Assembly (NCBI GenBank): GCA_026026165.1
Contig: JAPEUD010000019.1
Coordinates: 62,001 to 126,000, forward strand
DNA length: 64,000 bases
Source of the DNA: Sarea resinae
Taxonomy: Eukaryota
Direction of reading: 5' to 3'
Under the pieces are notes generated by a model. That model was not told the DNA's origin and made no database searches. It worked only from the letters and a program-made list of their open reading frames with translations. A program made the translations under genes and the position numbers. How positions within the stretch are numbered: the stretch's first letter is position 1; each line of letters opens with the position of its first letter. Below, piece after piece: positions 10,694 to 22,407 of this stretch.

Positions 10694-13600
10694 TCCCGTT
10701 ACCTTCGCCTATGGGGCGAAGACACAGGACCGCAGAGAAGGGCAGTCGATGCGCTCGAAGTGAGGGAATGGGTGGCTATCTGCTGGAGCCGAAGCTTGGC
10801 TGGTATCGAAGGTATGAGTATCGCAAGTGACCAGTGGACGTCAAGAGTCCCTTTTTCAGGCGTGTTCTAAGTATACCTTAGGAAACTTTGGAAAATTCGT
10901 ATTGCACTGACAATGTAAGGCCAAGTCTGAAGGTCGGCGTGCCCTGGTTAGATATAGATCAGAAGTGGGAAATCTGGGTCGTGTGGTATTTCACATGCGA
11001 CGCGTTAAAGCCAATTCGTCAAGTGGTCACTTTCGATCGCAATCGTCTCGAGACAAGCAGTCGATGAGCCGGGCAATCCGCGGAAAGATGCCGAATTGGA
11101 GGAGATAAGAATTTTTCCGAGTGGGCACGCATGTACGAAGGACGGGACGATAGACACAGAGCACTTGATTGATGGGTATGGATGCCAGAGATGCCAGAGT
11201 TGCTGGAGATGCGAAGAGCGTCAAGATCCGGACACTGCCTGCCCTGCAGAACAGGCAGTTGCTACTCCGTAGTCCTACTCTGTAAGGTAGATAGCGACTT
11301 CGTGCTCTCTTACCACTACGAAGGTACGAAGTTACTTCGTAGGTAGCCCTAGCAGTGGGAGGGGCGGCCCAATGTACTACGAAGTAGTCGGTAGCGAGAT
11401 GGGCTATGTTTGGCGCAGCATCAAGCGTAAAGATGGCTGGGGGTCCATTTTCAAGACAATCTTGGGACTCAAGCGCGCCGCCCCCCCAGCTCTTGAGTAC
11501 TAGAGTACGTACTACTATGTATCCAGAGTAACGTAAACGAGTAGTGTGCAAGTAGTGCATGTACCGTCGTTGATCTTCGACTTTAGTTGCCTCTTGCTCC
11601 TTCTCTTGTTCTCGAGTACCTTAGGAAGGGAAAGGTATCGATGCCTCGCCCCCTTCCACTTGCTGTTGCCAGCTCCGCGGTCGGCCCCAGGACACTGACT
11701 GCTCCGGGCATTGCTCCAGGCGCGCCTAGTCTTGTCCATGGACATGAAGCTTTCTCCTCGGAGTGCGAGCTGCTTTTCCAGGGCCAATTGATAACAAAAC
11801 CTAGGTACCTACTCCGTGCTTCAGTCTTCACCTTCAGGCACAACCATCCCTGGATCCTAGCAGTCTCGGAAGGAAAGACGGTTTCGTGGACCGGTAAACC
11901 ATATAAGGGTCCTCGGTCTCTTCCCCGAGTACAGTCATGGCGGGCCCAGCCGCGGATGGCCGACTTTCGATCCAGCTAGTCTCCTGTTCTTGAGGTATGT
12001 TCATGGATGAAAACCCAGTATGGATACTGTAGCGGCGCAATTGCCAATGCACGCAAGTGCAAGGGATCCGCCAGGGCCCTGGCGATACTCGAGCCAGTCC
12101 GCATTCCGCAATTGAGCACATGCTCACTCTGGATCACTATGTCGTGCCTCACCCTTGGCTCTTGGCTCATAGCTTCCTACAGAAAACAATGGATGAACTA
12201 CATACTTCGTAGTACGCAGTACATCACCTTAGCTACCTATGGAGCTCACCGGTTGGTCCGATCGAGAAGTCTTTTCTCCGTAGTCACCGTGGAACCCAGA
12301 CCTCACAGTGGTGCCGGAGCAAGGACGGGCATCAGCACCAATCACGAAGCCACACAGCCAGACAGTGCCGTGATCCATGGATGGCATTGACATCTAGACT
12401 CGCACAGTATTTCCGTTATCTGCCATTGGATGTTGCAGTATCAAGATTTGCCAGAGTCTGGAGCTTTCCGTTCGACCCCAACATTTGCGTCCTGCAATGG
12501 TGCACGAGAATGGCAAAGATCGCTTTGTGGATCAGCCAGATCACCTTAGCGAAATGCAAATGTCAAGCGATCAGTTACCACATCAGTGTGAACTGGGACT
12601 GCTTGCGACACTCTACTCCGGAGTACATGTGGTCACTGAAATGCTCTCTGGGGGACCTCAGTCCATTCAGGAGGTCCAGAGCTGCTAAACTCCATCGCTG
12701 GTTGTGTGCAGTATGTAGTGTCACCTTGGACTACCACTGTCCGAAGAAACGCTTTCGCGTTTCAATTTTCTTTTTGCTTGGTGGCGCCGGGTTGTGACTC
12801 GTCGTTGAATTGTTGATGGAAGCATTCTGCTCGAAGCCGATGCAAGCCGGCGGCGAACCGTCGAGTTCAAAGCCGCAAGCGAGACTTAAGGTAGACGCCG
12901 CAGCCTAGCTACTTACAGGTTTTGAAGTGCTGCGCCCGTACTTCGTAGTAGTACTGAGAGCCTGCCCCGTTGAGGGCAACTATTACATAAGACGCTCGAA
13001 TGGCTCGAGGGCTCGAGGGCGGTCTGATAGTGTATCAATACTCTACAAGCAGAGTCTCGATGGCACGCATGGAAAATGTACTGCGGTATACAACATTCTA
13101 ACCGTGCTTCTCCGTAGAGCCCCGGCGATTGTTTGGTGGAAATGGAGATTCATATTAGAGCAGAGAAGATTCTAAGGCAATGTTCACCCTTGTTTGTCTG
13201 GGTCGGATCATTATTCTGTATTCCTTTGCTTCAGCACAGCTGGAGAGTAGAATCTAAATGCTACGGAGTACGTAGTACATACGCTTGCACAAGGTGTACC
13301 CTACCTACCTGGGTACCTGATAGGTCATCATGGCTCTGTACCCTAGACCTCTGCTCAGGTACTCTAAACCCCACAAGAAGCTGTGACAGCGCTGTCCATT
13401 GGCGGAAGCTGGGTTCCTTAGGTACTTCGTACTCGACTGAGGCGATGGTCCTGGTATCCAGTACCCATACTGTCGTACCCACGCGTATATGCAAACCCGT
13501 TGATTCTGATCGTCTGCGCTTGTTCGGAAGGGAAACCTCCAAAAATTTCCCTTCACGGCCGATATTTGCACATTGCTGCCGTAAACCAACGGACTGCCCA

Positions 13601-13778
13601 TTTGAGGCGGACATATGCTCACCTACGACTATCGCCAGCCTCGTAGCTAGTCCACGTCCACCCAAATTTATGTAGCTTTGCTCGGTAGCTACCTTTTCAC
13701 ATACCTTTGCGGATTAACAAGTCCTGCAGACAATCACTCTTCTCTCGTTGAACACTGCGTAGGCAGACACAAATCATC

Positions 13779-16013
13779 ATGGCTGGTAGCTCGTTCTCGT
13801 CGACGACGACCACCTCCCATACTTTGTCTGCGGATCCTTGCCAGCCACCTCCGACTGATCTCCACCCGGCGTCGACACAAGCACTAGTATCAACATTGTC
13901 TGGTGCCCCTCATACTTTCCTCCAACCGCCACCAAGCCTGCATTCAGCGGCACTTGTTCTAGCAAAACGTTATTTGGATCCTTTAGCATCCAGCGTCAGT
14001 CAGGCTCAGCTCCAACGTCAACGAGAATCTCGAAAGAAGCGAAAGCGCGGTGAGGACGATGATGTCGGACAACTATTGCAATTCAATAGACTGTACCTCG
14101 ACGGGTTCGGCACACCTCAGGTGTGGGAGCAAGCCAGACGCGTCATTGATGCTACTCGAGAGGAGGTACAGCGAGACCTGAGCCAAATTTCGATGTCAAA
14201 AGGAGCTCAGGATAAAATCACAAATGGGCAGTCGAGCGAACAGGCCGATGTCCGCATGATCCGCTTTGGCGAAGATGGCTTCGAAGAGAGCAGTTCTGGA
14301 GAGGATAGCCTTGGCGAAGAAGGCGTAGACTGGGAATATGATGGCGAGGACACAGCACGAGGCGAAGGATTCGACGGAGAAGAAGATGAATCTGCAGAAG
14401 AGGACGAGGAAGACGACGCTTCGGCGGATGAGCATGATGACTTGGAAATGGACAACTCGGACTTCGATAACGGTTCAGAGGCTGAGGAAGCCGAGGAAGC
14501 TTTTCTGCCTGACAAGCATGGTCTCAATGATGGCTTCTTTTCTATCGACGACTTCAACAAGCAGTCAGAGTTCCTTGAACAGCAAGACGCTGCGGGAGAT
14601 CCAAACGATGGAGGAGCTAGCGATGAAGAGGATATAGACTGGGATGCAGATCCCATGTCATCCAAGCCTGATCGTACCGCTGATGGGAAAGTCAATCAAG
14701 ATGGTGGAGAGGATGAAGACGAAGATGAAGAAGACGGCCCAACGTTCGGCAATGCAGATCTCTATGCTCCCGAGGGTGCTAGTGATGACGAAGTGGAAGA
14801 CATTGACGAGGTTGGCGAAGAAATGGATGCAGCTCATGGTGGCGACAATACGAACGAGGTTTACTACACTGACTTTTTTGCACCCCCTCCTCGCAAAGCT
14901 GGGAAGAAGTCTCGCAAGCCTAAAACCGCAAAAGCCCCTATGCCGGAGAAAGAGAACAACGAAGAAAATCTCCAACGCACCATGTCTGCAGTACGTCGCG
15001 ATCTTTTTGAAGATGACCTCTCTGCCGATGAAGAGGACTCAGCTGCCGAGCTCGGTGCTAGCGATCCCAAATCGCGCCGTTCTACGCACGAGAGACGGCA
15101 AGCTAAAATCAAAGAAGAGATTCGCAAGCTTGAGGCGGCCAACGTCGCCAAGAGAGATTGGACACTTTCTGGAGAGGCACGGGCAGCGGATCGCCCAATG
15201 AATTCTCTTCTGGAAGAAGATCTTGACTTTGAGCGAACCGGCAAGCCTGTCCCTGTGATTACAACCGAAGTTAGCGAGGACATCGAGGCGCTTATCAAGC
15301 GGCGGATCTTAAATCAAGAATTCGACGAAGTCATCCGGCGCCGGCCGGATTCTCTCGCAACCCCTGAAGTCCGTCGCGGACGTTTTGAGCTTGATGATAC
15401 CAAGCCTCAGCAGAGCCTTGCAGAGCTATACGAACAGGATCATCTCAAAGCAACTGATCCCAGCTACTTAGATCAGAGAGATGAGAAGTTAAAGAAACAG
15501 CATGCAGAGATTGAGGCGTTGTGGAGGGATGTTTCCGCCAAGCTTGATGCCTTAAGCAGCTGGCATTACCGACCTAAGCCACCAGCCCCGAGTATGAATG
15601 TTGTTGCTGATGTAGCCACTATCAGCATGGAGGATGCGAGACCCACGGCTGGCGGGGAAGTTGGTGGTGCGAGCATGTTGGCGCCACAGGAGGTTTATGC
15701 ACCGGGTAAAGAGACTGCTGGTGCGGGTGAGGTAGTGCCAAAGAGTGGCATTCCAGTGAATCGAGAAGAGATGACTAGGGAGGAAAAGCTGCGAAGGAGG
15801 AGGCGGGAGAAGGTGCGAATCCACAAGAGAGGTCTGACTGCTACCCCCGGCAGAGCGGAGAGTAAGAAGGGTAAGGAGCGAAAGGAGGTTGTCAGTGATC
15901 TCAAGAAGGGTGGGGTCAAGGTCATTGGAAGAAAAGGCGAGATCAGAGATGTCGAAGGAAAAAAGATCAAGCCTCAACAGGCCGGTTTCGGTGGAGGGGG
16001 TTTCAAGTTGTGA
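13779..16013 (+). CDS. MPP10: U3 snoRNP / SSU processome protein Mpp10
   Basis: 744-aa intronless ORF with a long acidic region, LNDGFFSIDDFN, WTLSGEARAADRPMNSLLEEDLDFE, IEALIKRRILNQEFDEVIRR, LDALSSWHYRPKP and ISMEDARP. Confidence 0.96.
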   Translation: MAGSSFSSTTTTSHTLSADPCQPPPTDLHPASTQALVSTLSGAPHTFLQPPPSLHSAALVLAKRYLDPLASSVSQAQLQRQRESRKKRKRGEDDDVGQLLQFNRLYLDGFGTPQVWEQARRVIDATREEVQRDLSQISMSKGAQDKITNGQSSEQADVRMIRFGEDGFEESSSGEDSLGEEGVDWEYDGEDTARGEGFDGEEDESAEEDEEDDASADEHDDLEMDNSDFDNGSEAEEAEEAFLPDKHGLNDGFFSIDDFNKQSEFLEQQDAAGDPNDGGASDEEDIDWDADPMSSKPDRTADGKVNQDGGEDEDEDEEDGPTFGNADLYAPEGASDDEVEDIDEVGEEMDAAHGGDNTNEVYYTDFFAPPPRKAGKKSRKPKTAKAPMPEKENNEENLQRTMSAVRRDLFEDDLSADEEDSAAELGASDPKSRRSTHERRQAKIKEEIRKLEAANVAKRDWTLSGEARAADRPMNSLLEEDLDFERTGKPVPVITTEVSEDIEALIKRRILNQEFDEVIRRRPDSLATPEVRRGRFELDDTKPQQSLAELYEQDHLKATDPSYLDQRDEKLKKQHAEIEALWRDVSAKLDALSSWHYRPKPPAPSMNVVADVATISMEDARPTAGGEVGGASMLAPQEVYAPGKETAGAGEVVPKSGIPVNREEMTREEKLRRRRREKVRIHKRGLTATPGRAESKKGKERKEVVSDLKKGGVKVIGRKGEIRDVEGKKIKPQQAGFGGGGFKL

Positions 16014-16191
16014 TAGTTTTCTGTACAGTCTTCGGCGTTTGACGAACAACTTTGCAAGTTTTCTAGGCCATGCCACCAGAGCGCTCTCATGCCTTTCAGG
16101 GCATCTCTCCATGAAGCTTGTGTAATTGACTCTAGAGATAGCAAGATACAACACAAAGTACGGACATCACGCAGAATTTTCAAAGGGACAT

Positions 16192-17230
16192 TTAATTCTT
16201 CTTTCTCATTGTGTACCTGGTAAATCATCAACAGGGAGTCCGAGGGCATGATTATTGAAGCAAACTCACAAGAATATATTCTGTCTGCTGTATATGGGCG
16301 CATCCGGATCGTCGTCAACAGGCTTGACCTCAAACAACTTCCTTGCTGTCTTGATAAATTGCAAATCTGCCCTTCTCCTCCGCTTAAAGCAAAAGTACAC
16401 GGTAGTGCTATCACCTACTAACTCCTTGAGCGTCTGCTGCAAAAGAGGAAATGCCGGCTCGAAGTATACACAATCGGCGGCAAGGATTATGTCTGGCTGT
16501 GAGGGAATATTTGAAGGGGTCGACGTGCCCCAGTCGAGAATCGATGCCTCCACGCTTCCATCCAGATGGTTCAGCGCGATGTTCTGGCGCATCAATTCTA
16601 GCATTGGCTCCTGGTCGGTAATGTGCAAGGGATGGCGCAGGGGACTACATCCGAGAGCGAGGGCGAGCCTAGACACACAAAGCACATAAAGTCAAAGACG
16701 CCCTGATTTCCATATGCGTAATTCTAGGGGTTACGAAGCGTAGGACAATCGAAGGAGAGTAGAGTCCTCGGAGAGACTTGCTGCATGCATCGCACGGAGA
16801 GAGAAATGGAGACACACCCTACCAAGCCTCCACCAGCACCCAGCTCGATTCTGCCACGGAATGCCTGGTCAGCCGAATCCCTCGTGCGATCAAGTGCGTG
16901 CGCGCGATTGCGATGCTCGGCACTGGGTGGGGGAGGGGGAGGGGGTTGGGCTCAGCAATGAAGATGCGCCGAGGGGCGTACAAACATCGTCTTATCCCTC
17001 AGCGACTCTCGATGCCGTCTTAGCATGTAAGTGGCCAACACCATGCCGGCCGGCCATAGCTGGCCTCCGCACCCCTTTGCGAGATCCTCGTGCAGCTTCA
17101 GTGGGGTTCCGAGGAGCCCTGCGAAGTCGATTGCGCCGGTCGATGCGGACTTATGGGCGGGCGATTGCACAAGGTCTTCGCTGAGATTGAAGACTCCGCC
17201 ATTCTCGTCGTCGCTGGAGCCTACCGCCAT
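16192..17230 (-). CDS. EFM6: Protein-lysine N-methyltransferase, METTL21/Efm6 family (4 exons)
   Basis: LHEDLAKGCGGQLWPAG; SAM-binding IELGAGGGLVG on a small exon near 16820-16850; ITDQ, LDWG, DIILAADCVYFEPAFPLL, FKRRRRAD. The last exon encodes YTMRKKN* with the stop at 16192-16194. Confidence 0.88.
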
Positions 17231-17538
17231 CGAGATGGATGGCTGTTTCTTTGTCGAGAAAGGTGGAACTTTGCGACGATGCTTTGGGGACTTGTTCTGG
17301 AATTGCATGGGCGGCAAGGGCCGGTCTGGCGAGGTGTAAGATCTTCGAGATCTAATCGATAAGGTTGATCGATCGCACTGCGGAGGCCTAAGATAGCCGT
17401 AGATGGATTCTACGTGTGTCCACTCGAATAGGCAATTGAAAGGTAGCTGGAATTCACAAGTCCACTCTTCTCAAGACTCAATTACACCGGAGACTGTCTC
17501 TTTCCCGGAAATATCAAGGATCATGTGCTTGCTTCATC

Positions 17539-18063
17539 ATGACTTCCAAAAAGGCTTCTGTGGTTCTACAAGACGATGACGTGATTTTTGCCGAGTTCTC
17601 TGCATTCGAGGATCAAATCCGACAGCAACTGCTGGCGTCGGTGAAACATACTGAGAAGAAGGTGTTTCCGCGCACAGAGGCCTTTGATTTTGATGCGGAA
17701 CTGAAGAAGAAAAACACATTTCTTTACTGCACAGTTCACCAGGCTGGCGGAATCGCCCATCGTACGGTGAGCCTCATTGGATACCTGGTCTGCGTCCGGA
17801 TGAAGAGGGTCACCCTTCTTCACAAAGTTTGCGTTCGAGAGCAATTTCGACGCCGAGGGAATGCAAAGGCAATGCTGGCCCAGCTTGAACAGGAGGTCCG
17901 GAAGCAATCATGCAATGAGATCCAACTCTGGGTAGATGAGGAGAGAGAGCCCGCTCGTTACCTGTATGCCTCCTGTGACTACGAGGAGGTTGACCGGGTG
18001 GAGAACTACTATGGGCCTGGCAGGACCGGGCTGAAAATGGTGCGAAAGATCCAGCAAGACTGA
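17539..18063 (+). CDS. GNAT-family (RimI-like) acetyltransferase
   Basis: 174-aa ORF with motif A (LHKVCVREQFRRRGNA) and motif B (QLWVDEEREPARYLYASCDY...ENYYGPGR). Confidence 0.85.
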   Translation: MTSKKASVVLQDDDVIFAEFSAFEDQIRQQLLASVKHTEKKVFPRTEAFDFDAELKKKNTFLYCTVHQAGGIAHRTVSLIGYLVCVRMKRVTLLHKVCVREQFRRRGNAKAMLAQLEQEVRKQSCNEIQLWVDEEREPARYLYASCDYEEVDRVENYYGPGRTGLKMVRKIQQD

Positions 18064-18611
18064 CAAGTCTATCTCCTCGATTGTCTTATCGATTCCCAGC
18101 CATGAGTGTTTCTCTTTCCGTTCACTCTCGGCGCCGCGTTGATTCAGAAGGGGCTTGAAGCACGTGAAACCCCTTGCAGAAGCGCATTCCGCGGAAGTTG
18201 GGGCGATCTTTCCAGATACCTTCCGAGCGACAATGTCAAAGGTAAAGTCTCTCACATCTCAGTAGGGTTGCCGTTGAAGGGCGCAATATATTCTTCAAGG
18301 TGGCTCAGGAAGTCATTTACGCAAGGGTTCCGTGCTGGTCGCGTCTCCCTTTGATCACGGCAGGGACGTAATAATTATCACCATATGATGTCTTTCAATG
18401 CTGGGCTTCTTTCATCTCTGTTGTGTTCTCCGTTCCTCTAGTTCCGTCAGCGATCTGCTATGGCTTGATATGTTTCCTATCGGTTTGAGGAGGCAGAAAA
18501 TTCTATCTGCGGGAGGTGCTCTGATCTGATTTGGAAGGTGAGTAGTTTTGTCCATGTCTCATGAGCGACGGTATATCTGACCTCTCCAGTATATCATTAT
18601 CATCGGTCAAT

Positions 18612-21600
18612 ATGGCCTGGTGGGCGTTGATAATTCTTCTCATTGCATCCGTTGAGGCGACACCCCGAGCTGCTTTTCCGATCAACTCCCAAGTGCCTCC
18701 GGTGGCCCGAGTGTCGGAACCGTTCAGCTTCACCTTCTCGGATTCGACCTTCACTTCGGACTTTGGGAGTATCTCCTACGCATTGAAGAGCGCCCCATCA
18801 TGGCTGCAGCTCAATGGAGGGAGTCGGACCTTGTCAGGGACACCAAGCCCAAGCGATGCGGGACCAGCCGTTTTCGCGATAACTGCATCTGACAGCAGTG
18901 GATCCATGGACATGGAGACCACGTTAATAGTATCGGCAGAACCGGCTCCAACCGTGGGAACGACTGTAGGCCAGCAATTGCCGTCATTTGGCACCGTCTC
19001 CGGACCGTCCAGTCTGCTGCTCTCTCCATCGACTTCGTTCAACTTTAGTTTTTCTCAGAGCACATTCGTGGACAATGGGAGGACCCTTGGCTATTACGCT
19101 GTGTCTTCAAATAATTCGCCCTTGCCCTCGTGGATTAATTTCAATGGAGATGAGTTGCAATTCTCAGGGATGACTCCCGATATCCTACCCCTCTCCGGCC
19201 CTCCACAAACTTTCGGGATTACTTTGATAGCCTCTGATATTGTTGGGTTTTCTGGAGTTAGTGTTTTCTTTGGAATCATCGTTGGTAGTCACCAATTGCA
19301 TTTCAGGAATGTTACAGAGGCAGTAAACGCAAGCAAGGGGACGCCATTCAACTACACATTTCTTGAAAGCCAGCTTCAGCTCGACGGAGAACCAGTCCAA
19401 AGCTCGGACATACAGAACGCTACAGCTGCGTTGCCAGGTTGGCTGAGTTTCGATGAGCAGACATTATCAATCACTGGCACGCCTCCTCCGGAAGCTTCGT
19501 CTCAGAATATTACTGTAACTGTGAGAGACGCATATGAAGACGTTGCAAGCACAACGATTTTTCTAAATATCCAGTCTGCCCTGTTCTCCTCTCAGGTTGG
19601 TCAGCTCAATGCAACAATCGGGAAGACGTTTGACTATGTCTTCCACCGCTCGCTCTTCTCTATTCCAAATTTCTACAGTACCATGGACCTCGGTTCTGCA
19701 GCGCCGTGGCTAAATTACGACAACACCACTCTACAGCTTCAAGGAAACGTACCTGAAAACATCCAGTCTTCGAGCATTACAGTGACACTCAACGCATTCT
19801 CTGAGTCCTCTTCTGTAACCGATTCCCAGTCCTTCGAAATTCAACTGATGAACCACAATGTGCAAACATCTCGTCATTCGTCATCTCCAACAAGTTATTT
19901 TGGGGGCACCGCGACTTCTACGTCATCATCTACAGCAGCGACAGCATCAAGTGCTCATAGAATTAGTAAAGCTACAATAGCAGTCGCTGTTGTAGTACCT
20001 GTGCTTGTGCTTGCAGCTATTGCATTGTGCTTTATCTGTGCGCATAGACGCCGCAGGAAGTGGCAAGAGAGACCTCTGAGCCCAGCTCATAGAAACATCT
20101 CGAGGCCAATCATACACGAGGAACCAGAAGAAGATGAGCAATGGCATGATGAAAAAATAGAGAGCTTTCACAAACGGACGTCATCTAGACCCCCGCGACT
20201 CTCCTTGAGCTCGATTTTGCATTCAAGCACGAATCTCTCGGTTTTGCGTCAAGGAAGACACAAGCCCAAGGCTAAGAGTATCGACGAGAAAGATACCTCT
20301 CGAGCTTCTGAGAATGGAGAAGATCTTCTGGTCCTGCCCTACAGTGCCACAACCCGCGGCGTCACTCCAAACTACAGTCTGAAAACCGTCACAGCTCCAG
20401 TCAGGCCCGTCAGGGCGTCAATAGCATCCAACGTGCGGAGATCATCGAAACGATCGAGCAGAAGCTCGGCAAGAGGCCCCGGCCTTCCAGTCAGCCGCCC
20501 TGTAAGCGGGATTGGACATGGCTCCGGCGGCTATGGATCTCAGAATCCTGGCGTTGTGGAGCGGTTGTGGAGCAATCCAGCCACCAGCAGCATCTGGGAA
20601 ACATTGAGCAACGTCAGCGGGCAGACCGAAGCCACCGATGTCTTGAACGAGTTTCCATTGCCTCCACGAAGCAGTCACGGAACTTCTTCCTTCCGCCCAT
20701 TAGACGGTAGGATGAGCATTCGCGCCGTGACCTCCCCTAATCCCGCACGTCTGTCCATCGGTGCCGCCCGTCGTGACTACATCCGACGCCGTAATGCCGC
20801 GGAATCCCCCTGGTTTGCAGGCGGCTCTTCTCGCGCTTCCTCCCACTCACGCACGTCCCGCGTATCGAGAGCCTCGTCTCAACCCCGCGGTCGAAATGCA
20901 ACCCGGCATTCCTCGCTCCCTCCCTTCTCCCTGGCAGACATCTCACACCAGCAACCACCACCACAGCGCCCCACGCACACACTCCAACGCCAGGACACCC
21001 TTGGCTCCATCTACTCGCAAGCCTCGAACATCAACATCGAACCGCCCCTCCGCGTGCGCAAACAGCGTTCGCCACGCCACAGCCTCAAACGTTTCGGCGA
21101 CCGCCTTTCACACACTCTCCTCGCCCGCCTCCCCACCCGCTCCTCTCTCCAAAGTAGCCGCAAGTTTGAATCCGCCGATAGCTCGTCCTGCGACAACTTT
21201 GACGCTGGCACTCTCAGTCCCCACCCTAGCCCTATCCCCAATAGCCCCCACCCCAGCGGCATCATCTCTCGCCTCGACGAAGAAGACGACGAGTCCGATA
21301 CGAGTGACGACGACGATGGTGACGACGTGGAAAGATATACAGATTTCCTCGACCCAGACGGTCGCGTGCAATGGTACCACGCCAACGCGCACGACCGCGA
21401 CCAGAAACGCCGCCATAGCCGCAACCGCCGACCCGGCCGCTCTTGTCCGGACGTTGCAGCCAACGAAAGCGGCCTCGGCCTCGGTGGCGGCATCAGCGGC
21501 GCCAACACCAGCGGCGGCCTGACTCGTCCCGGCCGCGACTCCATCGGGAACATCATCGAATACTCGCCGCACGAGACGCCGCGGATCGAGATCCCGCGTC

Positions 21601-21881
21601 TCGGGGTGGCGGTGCAGCGGCTCTCGGACCGCGACCGCCGCGTTGTTGGCGTCGGGGCCCCAAGCCCCCTTAGTATCATCTCGAGCAACGGCGGTGCGGG
21701 AGGTGGGGTTGGCGGTGTCGGTGGCGGTGGCATGGGCGGCGGCATGGGCATTGGTGGTATTGGCCCCATGGGCGAACGGTTTAGACTCGTTGAGCATAAG
21801 GGCAAGAGGCCTGTTTCTGTGGATAGCAGCGAGCGCGCTAGGGCCCAGGGCAGTCAGAGCGGGAGCGTACGATTCATTTGA
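18612..21881 (+). CDS. AXL2: Axial budding / polarity protein Axl2 (type I membrane protein with cadherin-like repeats)
   Basis: Signal peptide MAWWALIILLIASVEA; FPINSQVPPVARV N-terminal signature; repeated PSWL/PGWL...SGTP cadherin-like units; TM segment IAVAVVVPVLVLAAIALCFIC followed by RRRR; Ser/Arg-rich tail. An in-frame upstream ATG exists at 18561. Confidence 0.9.
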   Translation: MAWWALIILLIASVEATPRAAFPINSQVPPVARVSEPFSFTFSDSTFTSDFGSISYALKSAPSWLQLNGGSRTLSGTPSPSDAGPAVFAITASDSSGSMDMETTLIVSAEPAPTVGTTVGQQLPSFGTVSGPSSLLLSPSTSFNFSFSQSTFVDNGRTLGYYAVSSNNSPLPSWINFNGDELQFSGMTPDILPLSGPPQTFGITLIASDIVGFSGVSVFFGIIVGSHQLHFRNVTEAVNASKGTPFNYTFLESQLQLDGEPVQSSDIQNATAALPGWLSFDEQTLSITGTPPPEASSQNITVTVRDAYEDVASTTIFLNIQSALFSSQVGQLNATIGKTFDYVFHRSLFSIPNFYSTMDLGSAAPWLNYDNTTLQLQGNVPENIQSSSITVTLNAFSESSSVTDSQSFEIQLMNHNVQTSRHSSSPTSYFGGTATSTSSSTAATASSAHRISKATIAVAVVVPVLVLAAIALCFICAHRRRRKWQERPLSPAHRNISRPIIHEEPEEDEQWHDEKIESFHKRTSSRPPRLSLSSILHSSTNLSVLRQGRHKPKAKSIDEKDTSRASENGEDLLVLPYSATTRGVTPNYSLKTVTAPVRPVRASIASNVRRSSKRSSRSSARGPGLPVSRPVSGIGHGSGGYGSQNPGVVERLWSNPATSSIWETLSNVSGQTEATDVLNEFPLPPRSSHGTSSFRPLDGRMSIRAVTSPNPARLSIGAARRDYIRRRNAAESPWFAGGSSRASSHSRTSRVSRASSQPRGRNATRHSSLPPFSLADISHQQPPPQRPTHTLQRQDTLGSIYSQASNINIEPPLRVRKQRSPRHSLKRFGDRLSHTLLARLPTRSSLQSSRKFESADSSSCDNFDAGTLSPHPSPIPNSPHPSGIISRLDEEDDESDTSDDDDGDDVERYTDFLDPDGRVQWYHANAHDRDQKRRHSRNRRPGRSCPDVAANESGLGLGGGISGANTSGGLTRPGRDSIGNIIEYSPHETPRIEIPRLGVAVQRLSDRDRRVVGVGAPSPLSIISSNGGAGGGVGGVGGGGMGGGMGIGGIGPMGERFRLVEHKGKRPVSVDSSERARAQGSQSGSVRFI

Positions 21882-22327
21882 CCTGCGTGTGTGTCTGTGG
21901 GTGTCAGTGTTTTGTGTTACTCTTGAGCGCGAGCATGAGCGTGGGCGTGGCAGACCGTGTCGTGTCGTGTGGGTGAGGTAAATGGTTGAGCTTGTGATTC
22001 GTGGCGTGGAAAGAGAAAAGAGAGGTAAAAGAGGGCCAAGGTCGGTCCGAGGCTTCCTGCTTTGTCGTGTGTATGTGCCGTGTTCGTTCGTTATGGGAAT
22101 ATGGGGAGTTAGTGATTTACTCACACATCCACCTATCCTACCTACCTACCTATTTTACCCCTGTCTCTCTCTCTCTCTTTCTAGATAGAAAAAATCGAAT
22201 TAATCAGACTTTATGCTTGTTTGCTTGCTCCAGAGACTACTATACTAGGCTTGCGAAGCACTGCAAACGCAGCATTATGGTATTCAAGGAGCAGGAAAGA
22301 AGCTTCTATATGAGTTACGCTAATGCT

Positions 22328-22358
22328 TATGCCGATGCCGATGCCGATGCCAATGCCC
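22328..22358. repeat. (GCCGAT)n hexamer repeat between convergent AXL2 and UTP25
   Basis: gccgatgccgatgccgatgccaatgcc. Confidence 0.8.
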
Positions 22359-22407
22359 AGATACCATCCATATACAACACAGTGGATACAACAGCAGCAA
22401 CAGTCAC

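Noticed and set aside
11027..13675. Several 130-180 aa ORFs in the SPX/MPP10 intergenic region
   Set aside because: They overlap on both strands, show no family motifs and no consistent splice structure.
16002..16013. MPP10 ending in -FKL as a peroxisomal PTS1
   Set aside because: F at the -3 position does not fit the PTS1 consensus, and Mpp10 is a nucleolar protein.
21011..22124. 264- and 338-aa ORFs antisense to AXL2, and the 253-aa alternative-frame ORF
   Set aside because: They lie in a GC-rich, stop-poor stretch and translate to low-complexity sequence.
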